From: Prorocentrum cordatum
Lineage: Eukaryota
DNA: 50,526 bases
Assembly (NCBI GenBank): GCA_963575745.1
Contig: CAUYUJ010000081.1
Location: 620,001 to 670,526, forward strand
Direction of reading: 5' to 3'
Shown here in pieces: positions 33,818 to 46,999 of this stretch. Positions within the stretch are counted from its first letter, which is position 1. Each line of letters starts with the position of its first letter. Below the pieces are notes generated by a model that saw only the letters and a program-made list of their open reading frames with translations, was not told the DNA's origin and ran no database searches. A program made the position numbers and the translations under genes.

Positions 33818-34650
33818 TGAGAGGGACTTATTCGGCTACAAGTAGGTAAGTAGTGCCAGGTTCGCCCCTTCGTTCGTCCGCCACGCGGCGCTAGTGGGTA
33901 AGTCATCCAGGTTCATGCCGCTGTTCGTCGCGGCCACCAATTCACCTGAGGTAAACGCCAACATTTTGGAAGGAATGTTCGTGGGGCCCCATCGGCCCCG
34001 ATTCTTATTTGAGAACCAATGGCCGGTTCTCTGGATTGGGGATTTTCGCATATTCTTTTTTCGGGGGTCTTGCGATCCCGGCTCAGAGACAAAAGAACAT
34101 CCAAGAAATAAAAAATTTCAACATTTTGGAAGGAATGCGCGTGGGGCCCCATCGGCCCCTGTTCCTATTGGAAAACAAGTTGTGTTTAAACCCGTTCTAT
34201 GGATTTGTTTGTCCGGCCGGCGATCCTGGCTCGGAGACCGAATCCAAGAGGTAAAAGCACGAACATGTCGAAAGGAATGCGCGTGGGCGCGTGGGGCCCC
34301 ATTGGCCCCGGTTCGTATCAGGATTTGTGAAATGTTTTTTGTGCACGGGTTCGTTCAGGAAACTATTCAGCTAAAGTTCGCAGGTATGCGTGGAAGTGTT
34401 ATTATTTTCTCCAGTTATGTGTTCATCCCGAAAAGCTAGTATTTAGAGGTTGATTTATGTGTTGTTCGTCGTTTGAGTAGGGTAGTTCACGTCAATATGC
34501 GAGTTTGTTTGTCGTTGTTCGAGAACGGTGGGATGTGTTTCTTCATGTCGCGTTGTTCGTCGATAACACAGGGACTTCAGTATTCAGGAAAATCCGTTCG
34601 TTTGTCGTTTTTCCCTTGTACGTAGTTCAATATATAGAGACCCCCCCTCA
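33818..34650. mobile_element. Non-autonomous DNA-transposon-like insertion in Copia gag
   Basis: Flanked by CGAATGGAAA / CGAATGGGAG; short imperfect TIRs (TGAGAGGGAC...GACCCCCCCTCA); three internal ~140-160-bp repeats. Confidence 0.7.
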
Positions 34651-35050
34651 CGAATGGGAGCAGCATTGCGTGCGAGCGGTAGCTGGATCATTGCGTGACG
34701 TAAAGGCGGCGCAGACATGGGCCACTGAATCCATGGAACCCGACGTGCCGAAGGAAAAACCTTAGATTCCGGATCAAGGGTGCGTCTCGACATGATGATC
34801 GCAACGAATTTGCTTGATAAATTTGCTTAGATGAAGCGCATCCAACGTCTGTCAGTGCAGCATATTCATTTTCCTTCACTAATCAGCTGCGTGGACCATT
34901 CTTGCCAGATTGAGGGGCGACTTCTCACTGGCCCAAAAAATGATTCGCGCGATATGTGTTTGGTGCTCTGTCAGGTCTGAAAATGGACAATACTGCATAT
35001 GGCGAGATTCATTTTCAATGATACCAGAGAAAGACCTGATCATAATCTTT
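34651..35050 (+). pseudogene. Copia gag, middle part
   Basis: EWEQHCVRAVAGS..AAQTWA, DSGSRVRLDMMIATNL and EGRLLTG..MIRAICVW. Confidence 0.6.
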
Positions 35051-38000
35051 TTAATGCTATGGGGCTAAAGGGCTATAGGGTTATAAGGCTAGAGGGCTAG
35101 AGAGCAAGAGGGCGATAAGGCTAATCAGGGTATAAAGCTATGGAGCCATTAGGGCTATAGGGTTATAAAGCTATTGGGGCTAGAGGGCTATGAGGCTATA
35201 AGGCTCTAGGGCAATCTGGCTATAGGGCTACCGGGCGGGCGCCTGGGCACCTCCGGGCACGCCCGGGCACCTGGGCACCCGGGCGCCCGGGCACCCCCGG
35301 GCACTCGGGCACCCGGGCGCGCGGCAAAAAGCGGCGGCAAGCCTCACCTAACCATGTGAATCCGCTCGGACTCCTACAGGGGCAAGCTCTGATTTCGGGC
35401 CCCCCCCCACCAGGAAACAAATCCAGGGCCTCGACAATTTTGTTTTGCATTTTTTTGAATTATTGATTGGTGGAGACAAATGCGGTCGTCGCCGCGCGCC
35501 TGCCCTGATGTAGCAATTTCGGTCGACGGACGCACGCGAAGCGCGCGAGTTTCCTTCTCATAATTGTTTCTGCCGCGTGCCGCGTTTTCATGGCGCGCGT
35601 GCCACGCCCTGCCCTTTCAGACTCAATCGCTCGCGCTAGTGCGCGGACCGCATGCAGGCCGCAGTCCGCGCGCGCTAACGCGGCGCACCGGCGCTTCGAA
35701 ACGATGTTGGGCACAGATGCATTTTTACCGCAACGCTGCGAATTTGTTAGCCACCCCGCGCGGGCGATGCCGAACGCACGCGTGTCCCACCGCGCGTGCG
35801 CCGCCGAAGCTAATTTTCCGACTGCGGTCGTGAATTGTATCGCGGGCGCGTGTCAGGCGCCCTCGACGCGTCGCGCGGGCCCGCGCATTGGGCGTCCACG
35901 CATCATGTCGGAAACGTGCCATCTTACTACTCTCGCGTAATGCAGCGCTTTCGTTGCAGCGCGGTTCGCCGGGGGCGCTGGCGCGTCGCCGAAAGCGACG
36001 GCCAGGTTTCTTTGGCGGGGGGGCTGTGGAGGCGCGCGCGAATGAGGGGGGAGGGGCAATGCGGCGAGGAGGGGGGGGGGATGAGGCGGAAGGCGCGGGT
36101 GAGACGGGGAAAGGGGGAAGGGGGGGTAATGAGGGTGGTTGAGGGGGGCCGGCGACGCTCAGGGCCCCTCTTGGGGCCCTCTCGGAGCCGTCCTGGGGCT
36201 CTCTACGAGCTTCGGAAGGCGCCGAGAGGGCGGCCGCAAGCCGCTTGATGGGTGCGCTCAAATGGAGCGGCGTCGCCATGTGGACCCTGCCACTGGTGCC
36301 TCCGGTGGAGCTCCCTACGGGGCCACGGAGCGATGCGTTGGGCGTGCCGAAACAGAGAAATTATACACGGATGGGCAGGAACAGAAAAAGAGAGAGGGGG
36401 GAAGGGGGGGGGGGGGGGGGGGCGACGACGAGGAAGGGCACAGGGAAGAGAAACGATGGGGCTGGAAGAAGGGGGGACGAGTTAGTAGGGCGAGGGGGGA
36501 GGGATGGGGAAGACGTGGGTAAGGGGGAAAGCGAGGGCGGGATGGGGGGAAAGACAACAGGAAAAGGGAGGGATTGAGGAGGGGGAGGGTGGACGAGTTA
36601 GTAGGGAGGAGGAAGACAGGGTGATAAAGGGAGAGAGTTGGAACATGAGGGAAAACCGTAAAACATAGTTGCAACCAGCAGCCCCAATTTGTCCGCAGCG
36701 GGGTCCAGTTTTCTCCGCGACGCCCTTGCGAGGCTCCCACGAGTGCCATCTGAAGGCCCATGGCGCCTCCGAGAACGCCCGCAAGGCCTTGCAAGTTTTG
36801 CGCGAAAGCCCCCGGGGCATTTAGGAAATCTCCCCGCGCAAAAAAAAAAAAAAAACGGCGAGACCTGCGCCGACATCAAATGGCTTTTTTTTTTTTTGTT
36901 TTATTTTTTTTTTTTTTTGTTTACTTTTTTTTTTTTTTTTTTTTTTGTTTTTTTTTTGTTTTTTGTTTATTTTTGATTTTGCGACCCACAGCGCAGGCAT
37001 AGCGGCGGGGTTTGCCGCAGGCATCGGGATATCAAAGCCCCCCCCCCCGAATCCCCCTCGGGAACTTCCTGGGGCGAGCTCCGCGCCGCGTTCGCCCCGG
37101 CCGAACGACGCCCCCCCCCCCCCGAAGGGTTGGGCCAGGCGAGCTGAAGTCGGGGATGCCCGCCACCATGTCCCGTCGCCCCTCTTCCTCCTCATCGTCT
37201 TCCCCCTCCCCCTGCCAATCCCCCTCCCCCCCCTCCTCTCCCCCCCCCGCCGCGCCGCCATGTCCCCCCCCCCCCCCTCGCCGCGCGCTGCTGCTGCGCT
37301 CCCGTTAGGGCCGCGAATCGCCTAGCGAACGCGGCGCGACCTCGTGGATGCACCAGACTGCTTCGACGAACAGCCCAACCAAACTGACCGACAAAATGCC
37401 CACCCGGACCGTCGGACAAAATTGCCGCGGGGTCCAGGGGGGGTGCATCCTAACTGTGAAATTACAATGAATCCGCCCCGCAGCGAAAGCCAGGAACGCT
37501 TTTCTCGCGACACTTTCTTGGGCCTGTCCGATTTTTTTGTCGCGGCCGTCGTTATTTTGTCGGGCCATTTCTTTTTTTGGTCGGCCCATTTTGTCGGGCA
37601 GATGTTTTGTCGTTTTTTTTTTTTTGGGGGGGGGTCGGGGGGGGGGTCGGTTTTCTCGTCGGCCAATTTTGTCGGGGCACTCGTTCCTTTGTCGGCCGGG
37701 CGCCGCCCGCGGCGCGCGGGCGCAGGGGGGCAGACGGGTCGTATGGCAGCGAGGGCGCACGCACGCAACGCAGAGGGAGAACAAGAAGGAACGCGAACCA
37801 GGGCAAGGCAAGAACAGCGCGGGGGGAGGGGGCGCGAGGGGGGCGGCAAGAGCAGGTGATGACGAAATGAGAAAGGCATTTGCTTGTAGAGTACGTGTCC
37901 CGACGGATCCACGCACAGCGGGCGCCGAAGTGATCGCGGCGCCTTTGGTCTCCAATCTGTGACCTCGATGCCAGCGTCACAAGCGTGCGCAGGATGCTCT

Positions 38001-39515
38001 GTGGGCACAGTGCTCATGAAGTCCGCCCCGCGCGAGATGCAGCAAGCAGGCGACGCAACTCAACTCCTTCGCGCCGAGATGCGGGCGGCCACGCATGTCA
38101 AGAAACTCAAAGCGTCCCTCGCGGTCGCCCGCGGGGCCTCGCAAAGGCCTATTAGGACCTGGACTAAATAAGCTTGGCGGAATACCCAACCGCACGCAGC
38201 TGTGGGTACCATGTGGGGCCACGATTGCGTGGGGGGTGCGCCGAGATGGGGCGGCGCCGCCATGTGAACCGCGCCGCTAGGGCCTCCGGTGGAACTCCAT
38301 GCGGGGCCGCGAACCGAGCGAAGGGTGCGCCCAAATGGGGCGCAGCCGCCATGTAGACCCTGCCACTGGGGCCGTCAGTGGAGCTCCATGTGGGGCCACG
38401 AACCGTGCGAGGGGTGCGCCCACATGGGCGGCACCGCCATGGGGCCATGCCACTGGGGCCTTCGGTGGACCTCCATGTGGGGCCACGAAACGCGTGAGGG
38501 GTACGCCCAAATGAGGCGGCGCCGCCACGTGGACCTCGATCCAGCATGGATCCTGGCAGATCGGCAGGCCTGGCGAAAGCATGAAGGTATCCAAGAATTT
38601 CGGGTCCTGTCCGAGCCCATTGATATCCTCCTGCGTGAATGCATAATCTTCCTCGCAATCATGGCCGGCCCGCGGCGCCAAAATAATTGCCTTGCCTGGC
38701 CCACTCGCGCGCCAGATTATTAGCAGGGGCCATTCCACCATACCTGGTGTAGTGGAAGCTCTTCTGTTTCGGGAGCCCGTACTGGTCCCAACAGTTCACA
38801 GGGCTTCACACGGCAGCACAATTCACTGCGTTCCTGCCCGCCGCCGCGTTGTCGACGCCGCCCCGGTGTCTCGCGCGAAAGTGCGTCTCGCGTGATCGCG
38901 TCGCTTTGAATGCACAGCGCGGTTTTCATTATGGTTTTGCGTCCCCGAGAATTTTCAGAAGTGCGCCTGGCGACCTGCAACTTGCACAACCAGTTGCCAT
39001 CGCGCCGCGACTTCTGGCGATGCCACTGCCCTCGAACATGCGCGCGCGCACGTGCGAGCCCGCGGTTGTAGGTTAGCGTGCGCAGGCACGCGCGTCGCGT
39101 TTGCTTGTGCACTTCTGCGCTCATCATGCTGTTGCGCGCTGCAGTGTCGCATGGGGCTCGCGCGTGGCTGCGCGACCTTCAATGTGTTATTGAACGCAAG
39201 GGTGCCTGTGATGTCGCTGTCGCAGTGCCACTTGCTCCGAGGTGTTTATCCGATTATCACCGCTGCCGCTGTCATTGGCGCGGCGGTTCCTGATCGCAAC
39301 GTCGCGATTGGTAGGCAATTCGGTCCGCGCCCTTTTGCGCCAAACGGTGTTGTCGTGGTCCTCATCGGGGCATCAGTTCGCAGCAAGGAGCATCGCGCGT
39401 GCGCTCGCGCTCTCGCGTTCGGTCAGCCTCGATTTGTCCAACGCTATACCGATCATTTGGCGTTTAAGCGCTTATTTTTTGAATTGCGTTTTGTCGTCAA
39501 AAGCTTCGCCAAGAG
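35051..39515. other. ~4.5-kb composite repeat-rich insertion splitting Copia gag
   Basis: (GGCTATA)n, (GGGCACC)n, poly-A/poly-T tracts (36840-36980), a TTTTGTCGG cluster, 89-bp-family units (36270-36350, 38200-38540) and an AP2-like fragment. No TSD found. Confidence 0.55.
38560..38795 (-). pseudogene. AP2-like domain fragment
   Basis: CWDQYGLPKQKSFHYTRYGGMAPANNLAREWARQGNYF resembles the AP2 K.F...YG...A..LA..W pattern; frameshifted continuation DYAFTQEDI. Confidence 0.4.
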
Positions 39516-40560
39516 AAGGACATGGTTGACTGATTGGGGAATGGCGATTGGCTTGCAGAAGCCCAACCAAGTTTTGTACCACTTCTATAGTGAATGGATG
39601 GAACGATGTCAAGAGCTGCGCGGTGCTTGGGAACCGTCGGGCGATATGAAGGTTTCAATGCATGCACATTTCTACGAACAGATTTGACAGGTTCCGAGTC
39701 TTGAGCACGCAATGCAGTTGTATGAATTGTCGACAGATGCCCCGGGCACGGAGATGCGCTCTTATCAATGGCATTTGCTTCAGGTTGAATCACTTATGAT
39801 GCGGAACAGAGAACAGTGGGCCATGTCCGAACATGAACATGAATCGACCCTCAATTCCCGAAATAGACAGGCCCGCCCGGCAGGTGGGGCGAATGAGGGC
39901 GGTGGGGGCGGACAAAGAGCCTCCGCCATGGCGGCGACAATCCATCGATTAGGATTGCCCGCGGACAAGACGGCGAGCGGAAGAACTACAGGCGAGACGA
40001 CTTGCAAATTTGCGAAGCAAGGAAAGAATTGCCCAGAACACCGGCCGCACCGGCACGGCCGGGAGCGGGCGGTGATCACAAGGCCACCGGCGGAAAGGAC
40101 GACCGAAGAGGCAGGAGCGAGAAGTCTGGAAGTAAAGGCCCGAAAGGAAAGGGCCGGCCTCGCTCCTCGACTCCATCGAACAAATTCGGCATTTCGAATG
40201 CGGCACAGTCGCGGACGAGGAGTCAGTCGGAGGCCTCGCGAGAACACCAGAGTAAGATGGTGTGCTGCGCATGGTCGCGTGACCCCCGCAACTGCAAGGG
40301 CCTTCAGAGTGGGTGTTACAAGCTGCGCAGAGGCTTGTCCGAGGTCGAGGCAAGCTGATTCTGCTGCTGCTAACGCTGGTGATGCTACGCCAGGAGAAAC
40401 TCCAAGAAGCCGAGAATCGAGAAAAAGGCCGTGGAAAGAACAAGAGCAAGGGCAAAGGAAAAGGGAAAGACAAACCATGCAGGGTGTTCACCGAGACAGG
40501 ATCTTGCTCACGAGGCGAAGATTGTTGGTTCGCGAAGAAGACGCCAAACCATCCGTGACG
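39516..40560 (+). pseudogene. Copia gag, C-terminal part with CCCH-type zinc fingers
   Basis: RTWLTDW, MRSYQWHL, TCKFAKQGKNCP and KGKGKGKDKPCRVFTETGSCSRGEDCWFA (40478-40530). Confidence 0.7.
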
Positions 40561-41274
40561 ATGGCAAGGCAGTGGCGTACTACTCGGTGCCAAGATGATC
40601 GTCGCATCTTTCTCCCTTATCTTGCTGACGCTTACTTGCCTCTTGGAAATGTGGTCGCGATATTCTTACCGGCTAAGCCGACAAGGGAAGGGCAGGCATA
40701 GGCTCCCAGGCACAGCTAGCCGAGCCCTCGTTGCGTGTCCTGCCCCGCTGGCTAGGGGATCTCGTGGTCTACAAAAAATTCAGATGGACAACCAACTATG
40801 GTTGACACAAACAATGCATGCTCATTTGATTTCAACATTTCCCGAAGAAGCTGTTCCCGCTTCCGAGACGCAACGAGAATGCAGAGAACAGTTGACGAAA
40901 TTCGTCGCTATCCTCGTCCAGGTACGCCCTCTTCCAAGGGAGGCCATCGCATCCTTGTGCGCGTCAACCTTGCGAAGACGGGTAGACGCGGACTAAGCGC
41001 CCAGTTTCACCCCTCCACTCGTGAACCAACTGCCACTCGCAGGAGGGCGCGTCGCCGCAGCTCAAGAGAGCTGCCTTCGAGTGTAGACAATAGGTGGGAA
41101 ATTTCCGGAGAGAATATCGACGAATGCAGGCTGAATGGAAAGCATCGCTGATGGAGGCCCAGCTCAGAGCATCTGATTTAGCCGACGAAGTTTGGCATCT
41201 TTGGTTAGCATCTGAGGGAAATGAAGAAGCTGCCCAAGGTGGCTCAGCCGCTGCGGGAATCATCTGTGCACCTC

Positions 41275-41640
41275 GGCACGGTTAGGTTCGTAGTCGACAC
41301 AGGCTGTGGACACGACCTCATTGCAGAGAGGTTCATTCTTGCTGCAGGCGCAGTGGGTATGATAGAAAGATCAGAAGATTCAATTACCCTGAATACTTTT
41401 GGAGGTTCCTCACGGGCCCTCGGTTCAGTTTGCGTCGCGTGCCCCGACTTCAGAGATGGGGGCTTTGAAGCATTGGTCATGCCGGAGACACTGGCGACGA
41501 TCTCAGTCGGAGAGCGGCGCATGGATCACGGCGTTAGTTTGTCTGGCCAGCCGGCCAGCGACCCCGCTTTCATCTGCCCAACGGTCACAGAGTAGATCTG
41601 ATCGTTGAGGGCAGGATACCATACTTGTCCCTATCTGGCA
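41275..41640 (+). pseudogene. Copia aspartic protease
   Basis: RFVVDTGCGHDLI (DTG 41296-41304)...ALVMPET..ISVGER. Confidence 0.85.
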
Positions 41641-42289
41641 GAGAGGCGCCGGGTCAGTGGATGTGCGCGGTTGCCGCCGGGAAGCCTGCGACTCCTGAGC
41701 GGCGGTGTTGCGTGACGTCAGGTGCCGAGACATTTCTGGATGACGTGGGATCTGCGGGAGGTCCCCCACCCCACTCAATTCAGAATCGCTTAACGATAGA
41801 CTCGCACACACATGAGATGATGGGTGATCATGGCTACGCGGACGGCAGGCCAACCGTTGCCGAATGCCAATTCCCGTCCGACATAGAGTCCATGGGTACA
41901 ATCATTTATTTCTATTATTCATCATACAGCTCGTGAATGTGGTTGGGGCAAAACACCCATAGGCGTCATGAGTCTTGTAAGTCCCCCATCTGATCCCAAT
42001 CACGACACAGCCGTTGGCTGCGTGACATCACACCACGGCTTAGCCAGGGGTTGCGCGGCTAAGTTTGAGAACCCTTGTTGGTATGGGGTCCCTGGAGTTT
42101 TGCCTTGCGACACGGATCGTGGTCTGGATTCCATCGCGGTGACCGCCGCGCCTGGCCAAATTGCGGATGCAGATGAGGGTTCGGGCGGGGTTGGCGTTGT
42201 TGACGTGGACGTGCCGCCCGAAATCGGCCCAGATGGCGTTGAGGTTGAGGTGCCAGTCTCGGCGACTGAGCGACTCAAAAAGAGCGCGG

Positions 42290-43180
42290 CCCCCCTCCCA
42301 CACTTGCTAACTCACGCTCCTAAGAACCCCTCCTGCTCGGTATGTAACTGGGCAAAAGGCTATACGGCGCCAACCAAGGAAAGCGCAGAATAAGGGGCTG
42401 AGGGTGCCGAGACCATGCGCGAATCCCACGACGTTCGGACACCTGACCACCATGGACCATTGCCTTGCGATGGATAACCTATCGCGGGGGCTCCACGACG
42501 AGACCGCGCGCGTGACTTTTCGCGACCTGGCGACATTTCATAGCAGCACAGGGTGTGCACGACAAATCTGCGATCCACGTATTATTTTTGATTAACCTCA
42601 ATGCTCCAGGAGAAAAGTTATCATATTTGTTATACTGACGGTGCGAGAGAACTCGCACGCGCGTGCATCGAGTTGAAGATTGCACGTGGCCTTACCATCC
42701 CTGGCAACAAGAAGCTTATGGCTGTCGCTGAACGATCTAACGGAATTGTTCAAATGGGGACTCGTGCCCTGTTAATGCAGGCCGGGGTTCCCCCTCCTTT
42801 TTGGACGTATGCCGTCCGATACACTGTCTTTGCTATAGCGCAAGGATCCCTGAAGAAGGTGAGTTGTCATGGCAGCGGAGATTCGGACACGAGTTTGCTG
42901 CGCCCCTTCTCCCATGTGGCTCTCTTGTTCGATTCATGTCTCCTCCTGCTCTCGATTTCGGGTCGCCAAGACAGGTGGGGCGATGGCCACGGGAATTTAC
43001 ATCGGATGTGTACATAAAGTGAGGGGCATTGTTGGACCTGAAAGCTACGTGAGACCGTTAAGACAACTTGACGGACTTAACATGGATACGGGGCGGGCGC
43101 CAGCAGGCAAGCGCCCGATCATTGAAAAGCCCGATCAAGTCTACAGCAATGTGTTACACGGTACCGCACAATATCAATAA
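42290..43180 (+). pseudogene. Copia integrase
   Basis: HLLTH.PKNP.C..C zinc site (42301-42345); D (TMDH), D (YTDG) and E (VAER); ALLMQAGVP..FW.YA; GIYIG. Confidence 0.88.
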
Positions 43181-44499
43181 CCTAAGTTCCCTATGCGTGA
43201 AGCATATGAGACAGCACAGACGAAGGCTAAAAACGTCATTATTCCCCCGGGCGGTTCCATGCGGTTCCTCTGACGGCCCAGCCGGACAGGGGGCCCGATT
43301 AGGTTCACAGACGGCACGGCCTTTTAGTGATCGGGATCCAGGAGCACCGATGCCACCGCCTCCAGCACGAGGCGAGGCCGCAACGCCACCGAATGATGAT
43401 GATGTTGATGACTCCGATGACGATGGTCCTGGGGGAATCATTGTGGGTGGCGTGCCTGTGGTACCTGACGGTCGGGGTCCCCAGCGAGACTCGGGACCCG
43501 ATGATGATGCGAAACAAAAGCTCGGCCTCGCTCATATAGAATATAGGTTGGATCGGCAGTCTAACTTCTCGATGGCTCAGCCAAGGTCGAGAGCGCCTGG
43601 ACCAGGGCAACTCTTCGCCCGAGCCACACAGAACTTAGACATTATGGAGTATTGCGAAGACCGCCGTATTGTTGCCGGGCTCGTCAAGGATGAACTGACC
43701 GAAAAGTTGCCCTTGAAAGGCAGACGGACGACGTGCAGCATGCGAGTCGTGTTGTCTTACGATCCAGACTGTGCACCTGTCGCAGTAGTCTGGGTCACCG
43801 ACCCGGACCCGCGCTGCGGCGCTCAACGGCTTAAGAAATTACCCAGTTCCACCAGCCGGGGACTTCGCCCAAGTCGCTGGTTCAACATGAGCCATGCTGA
43901 ACGGAAGAAGGCAGTGGGGCAGTTCCGACTCGAGAAAAGAGGTTTCTTCGGGGTTGAGGACCCGGGGCCTTGCATTGCCCTTCTTCGCGACATTGGAATC
44001 GACGCAGTCGACTTCCAAAACGATAAGCACGGCAACGCAGATACTGAGCACCCAGAAGGTAATGTGCATCCTGGGGCTGAAATCCGATGAAGCAAGAAGT
44101 GGACTGGCGCGAGTTGTTGCATCCTGCGGGAGCGGCAGGGAAACTCTCCACGGACACAGGCTCCGGGAGTGACCACGGCACCTCCGATGATGAAGAGGCA
44201 TGGTGGAAACAGCCTTGGTGTGGAGGGACAATCCTGCGAGATGGGGTTCCTCCCGACATAGTCGGAGAGGACCTGACTGCCCCAAGATCCATGATGTTTC
44301 ACGGGAATAGCCTGACTTCGAGTCCGGCGGCCGCCGCTTCGCGACGTAGCGCGCCCTGTATGTCTTTGCAGCCCGCAGAATTACCTTTTCCTGCACATCG
44401 AGAATAAAACTTTGATTCCGAATATGTACAACCCGCTCACTGATGATACTCGAACTGCTGAACAAGCGTATCAACTACCTGCTGAGTTGAGCCAACTAC

Positions 44500-45940
44500 G
44501 GACTGCTGCGGCTGTCGCTCGACCTGCTTCCAAAACTGAAGCTGCGGTTAACCAAAATGCCCGCAAGGCACTGCGGGCCGAATGGGATCGGTTGCGCAGT
44601 CTTGGCACTTGGGATGAGGCAGTCGCGATGGAATACAACGATGTTATTCGGCAGCGAAAATGGCGAGGGACACATTTCGGACGCCTATCCGCAAGTTTGG
44701 TAGGAAAGAACTCAGAGCTCCCATTAGGACACAAAGACCGCACATATAAAGGCCAAGTTGTGTTTGATGGGTCCGACGTCAGAGATCAGAATAGAGAAGT
44801 AGCCTTATTCCAGGAACTTTATAGCAGGCCTGCGACGATGCAGGCCAACAAAGCAGCGGATGCGCATGGCGTGTTTGAGGGGCGCGACATTCAACAGGCT
44901 GATGCAATGCAGGCTTGCACCCAGTCCAAGCTAGGGGGAACCCGGACATGGATTTTCCTGCCAAAAGGCGAGTGGCCGCTCGCTCGGAAAGACATGAAAC
45001 TCTGTATGTCTCCTCATTCTTTCACTTTGCGGACATCCTGATTCTGCTGGATACTGGGAGCAGCATTGTGACGGACACGTGATTTCCAAAGGTTTCATTA
45101 CATGTAGTCCATTGCGTAGTTGTTACTTCCACACGAAGCTTATCATTTATGCCGATGATTTCAAACTTGCTGGACCAAGAGCGAATATCGAAAAAGGGTG
45201 GCGTCTTTCGCAAGAAGCCTCCGAAGGTTGCCCCAAGGGAATCGAGACCCACCAACTAACGTAGGACGTTGTTTGGGGTGTGAATATCATTTGTCTACGC
45301 AGTGCGTTGAATGGCAGGGAGAGTTACCAATTGTCCTTGATCCCCCACCTCCAAAGGTACAGAACACACCCGCCTCTGAACTACAGTCCGAGCGATGACG
45401 AGAACGCGGGAGGAGACTCATCGGCACAACCGAGCGAGACATATCCACTTAGACAGCCGAAAATGGTCAGAGCCATTGAGTACGACATGACTGAGTTCAT
45501 GCGCAGTTAACCGATACGAACCCTGCAACATACTCTGCTGCTGGCACCCCCTTGGCCCTGAGTTGACTGACTTCGAGGATGGACAAGGTGGTCCGAGAGG
45601 AGAAAAGTACTCCCCGGTAGACGGTAGCAGCGGCACTCGGGGTCCACGTTGACACAGGGTCCCCAGACAAGCCAGTCGAGGTTCCCGGCTTAGCCGCGGA
45701 ACCCAGATCAAACGACCCCGAACCACCGACCCCGTCGGGAGGGAGTTCCCCAGCCTATTGTTGCCAAAATTCCCATGCAAATATTGTACGGTGCACGAAT
45801 GGCTCGGCTTGATCTCCTGCGCGCAGTTTGTCGCACGGCCAGCTGCATAACGGAGTGGACCGAACAACGGGATATGGACATTTGTCGATGAATAGGTTAC
45901 ATAAAGCCCACATCCCAATGCAAAATGGCGTCTTGGGTAG
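44500..45940 (+). pseudogene. Copia reverse transcriptase
   Basis: AEWDRLRSLGTWD, KNSELP..YKGQVVFDG..VRD, ADAMQACTQ, LCGHPDS.GYWE, YADD (45148-45159) and ILYGARMARLDLL. Confidence 0.9.
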
Positions 45941-45959
45941 GCCACAACACGGACGATGT

Positions 45960-46450
45960 CACTATACGACAGTATGATGATGCAGACTTTGCCAGCGATT
46001 TACGCGTGCATCGCAGCGCAAGTGCGAGCCACCAGGTAATTTGGGCATCGCGCGCGAGAGCCAATCAGAGCATGGCTTCTTGACGACAGACTTGCGTGTC
46101 CCACAGCACACTTGAGGCAGAAATTGTCGCTGCGGATCTGGCCTGGCGAACTGAATCATTGCCAGCGCTGCCGCCGTGGGAAATTTTGTTAAAACGAGGG
46201 GTCAAATGCACGTTCATGGAAGATAACCAGGCGGTACGCAAGGTGATAAAAGCGGGGGGCTCGATGAAACCGATGCACCTTCCGAGAACCCACCGAATAG
46301 ATGTTGCTGCCATCTCTGAACAATTTACCCGTGGAGTTGTTAGTTTACAGTGCGAACGCACGCAGGATGAAGCCGCTGATATCGGTGCCGCACGTTTCAC
46401 CGACCCTCTTGCATGGGTAAAAGCACCTTACCTTGTTAACGGTGTTGTCC
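45960..46450 (+). pseudogene. Copia RNase H
   Basis: YDDADFA, VSHST.EAEIVAAD, EDNQA, HLPRTHRID and AADI. Confidence 0.88.
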
Positions 46451-46999
46451 CGCAGTTCTGGAAAGTCCATCGATATCCAGACTATCTGGCACCGACTTTC
46501 ACTGGCGGACTTCCCCTGGAAACCGCGGGGATTCTCAAACCACGGATAGGTCCGAAGGCTGTCGTGCGTCAAGGAGGCGCGGTGCAGAGTAAGAAGATGC
46601 ATCCACAGAAGAGAGTCACCAAATGTAAGCCCGTGACGTCCGCCCCTATAGAAGACGCGGCCAAAATAGCAGTTATTTCATGAGACGGCAAAGCCGGACC
46701 CGGGGAAGTAAATACACGTGCGCATCTTTCACCGGCACCGAACTCAGCAGTCGCAACCAAGGAATGAGCTAATAGCCGGAAGTGCTAACAGCCCAAGACC
46801 CTCCGAGAGCGACAAGGATGGTTCCAGGAAGAGCTCCCATCAGCGAAAATTGCAGACACAATTTTCCGAGACCCCGGAACATGCATATTAGAATGACAGA
46901 ACGACTACTGCGGTTGCGGCCAAGTCGAGCGACAAGGAATCGATACATTTGGTATCCCAAGCGGAAAAGGGACAACCAATTGACAGGAACGATTGGAAC

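Noticed and set aside
36840..36980. Poly-A tail of a retrocopy or a terminator
   Set aside because: Interrupted A/T homopolymers in a low-complexity zone with no linked ORF or TSD; possibly inflated by sequencing error.
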